A stretch of 64,000 nt of DNA from Lepidodermella squamata (taxonomy: Eukaryota; Animalia; Gastrotricha): contig JBLDXI010000085.1 of assembly GCA_047495785.1 (NCBI GenBank), positions 62,001-126,000 on the forward strand, written 5' to 3'. The notes under the pieces are model-generated. The model was not told the origin of the DNA and made no database searches. It saw only the letters and a list, made by a program, of their open reading frames with translations. Both the position numbers and the translations under genes were made by a program. Shown in pieces: positions 62,333 through 64,000 of the stretch (within the stretch, counting starts at the first letter, position 1; every line of letters starts with the position of its first letter).

Positions 62333-63492
62333 TCCGGCTGGCAAAGCGAGAAAGCCTCGAAAAGTGGCCGAATCTAGGGCTGGATGCTCTATTACACTTT
62401 TAAACTAAACTACTGAAATTAAACTGAAAATCGTGTTAATGAGCAGATGTGACGCTATTAAGCGGCGCTATATTTGCTGATTGAGCAACTTGAGCAAACA
62501 TTTCCATTGCGAGCGTGTAACAGTTCCATTTCACAATTTAAGCCATAGACATAATTTAGAGTGAATTATGTCTACGATGCCTTTACTAATCTGGTTACGT
62601 GTGACGTATTTGTTTGTATTAGCTGCTGACTGGGACAAGCAAGCATCTTTCTACCTCGAGTATGAATCAAGAAAAAAATCTCGAGCGTTCTATGTTCAAT
62701 GTACTTCGATGTTAAATTCAATCAGGTCATGCAATTGAGCGTTGAATTATCGCCAGGAAGTATAACACTCGACTGACTCATAGTTATCCGATGAAAAGTT
62801 TTGCTTTTGAGTCACTACTGTCTTGGATGTTTGGCTTTACTATCATAGGGGTTTGAATAAAGCATGGTAAATATGTAGTGTTGATGTAGTGCTGTTAAAC
62901 CAGCAGCGTTGACAGCTAAATTAGAATCAGAATCAACAAAACGAAAGGAATCGATTGCCAAGTGCCAAGTGAGTTGTGCCATGTTAATCAAATCACACGA
63001 TTCTTAGTTGAAATCACTTGTAATTTTGTCAAATACAGCAAACAATTTGTTTCCATCCCGCCGGCAACTCCGGGATCAAAGATCGCACCCTGGCTGAACC
63101 CTTTTTCGTAGTTGGCAAGACTTTTTATTGACGCTGTATCCTTCGTCCTCCGACGTAGATGCACCAGCCACCGTCTCACACCGTCTCAAAAGCAACCCTA
63201 CATCAAAGGAGAGGATCGCCACCGTCAAGACTCAAGACAATGAAACGTCTGATCGTCCTTCTTCAGACTTCCTAACCGGATGTTTTCAATCTATGCGTGG
63301 GAATTTCAACAAAGGTTCTGAATAATTTAATCCTCACGCATTGCATCAATATTATAAAACGAGAAAAAACACGAGTTGAAACCTAATAAATAAGAAAATA
63401 CTTGAACGAAAACAAAGCAACACGTAGTAAATGCGCATACGGGCAAGAGGAAATTCTTGCTTGACAGCTCAGTTTTCTTGTTTAATTTCAAA

Positions 63493-64000
63493 ATGCTTCT
63501 CTATTTAGCAATTGTAATCGCTTTCCTTGGGCTGGGATCTGAACTGGCCCTTGCTCAGGAAGATCTTGAATGCGGAGCTGCTACCTCCACATCTGCGGCG
63601 GAAGCAAGCGACTCAGCTGGCAGCCAGCCGGTGGAACCAAATGCCTACCCATGGCTAGTATGTTTCGATTGTAAATATTATTAATTCATTTAACAAAAAC
63701 AGAATGTTCATTCAAGGTTTCTCTTGAGATTCGCAAAAGGGGTGAAACATCAGCCTCGTACTGCGGAGCTTCCCTTATCTCGAAGCAATGGCTGATAACT
63801 GCAGCTCAGTGCGTTTCGAATGCCATTTCGTGAGTGCTTTAATAAATTCCCCTACTTATGACGATTCAGTGTTTGTTTGAACAGGATCAAGGCAACGCTA
63901 GGTCGCCATAATACCAGTGATCGTTTAAAGAGAGCCTACTATGAATCTTTCGTATCGCTACCACCTTTGGTGCATCCGCTATACAATAGAAATGAGAATG
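63493..64000 (+). CDS. Trypsin-like serine protease homolog (His to Gln), runs off the window end
   Basis: Signal peptide MLLYLAIVIAFLGLG, PNAYPWL, CGASLISKQWLITAAQC, VHPLYN. No R-IxGG activation site. Confidence 0.8.

Overview
Gene-dense eukaryotic DNA from an invertebrate, probably spiralian (inferred from the IgGFc-binding + DNDCDG module and TTAGGG repeats). Introns are short, AT-rich and mostly GT-AG. Hand-built spliced models give about 15 genes, mostly secreted or cell-surface. They are: a ~1908-aa mosaic matrix/mucus protein (DOMON-PAN-PAN-vWA-mucin-IgGFc-binding-SUEL-F5/8C-CCP); three members of an apparently unnamed family built from a micro-exon-encoded three-module Cys repeat capped by either a C-type lectin or two LamG/pentraxin-like domains; a divergent class C GPCR; an intronless divergent nAChR-like subunit; one active and two catalytically dead trypsin-like proteins; three tandem PLDLS-type C2H2 zinc-finger genes; an intronless CPVL-like carboxypeptidase; a CCP-LamG-SEA-GPI protein; and a ~1402-aa signal peptide-ankyrin-CCPx4-EGFx3-ankyrin protein with no transmembrane segment. 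Introns and intergenic DNA carry many non-autonomous DNA transposons (hAT-, Tc2/pogo-, piggyBac-, Helentron/DINE-1- and MULE-like). All gene models and domain calls come from reading the sequence by eye; no database search was run.
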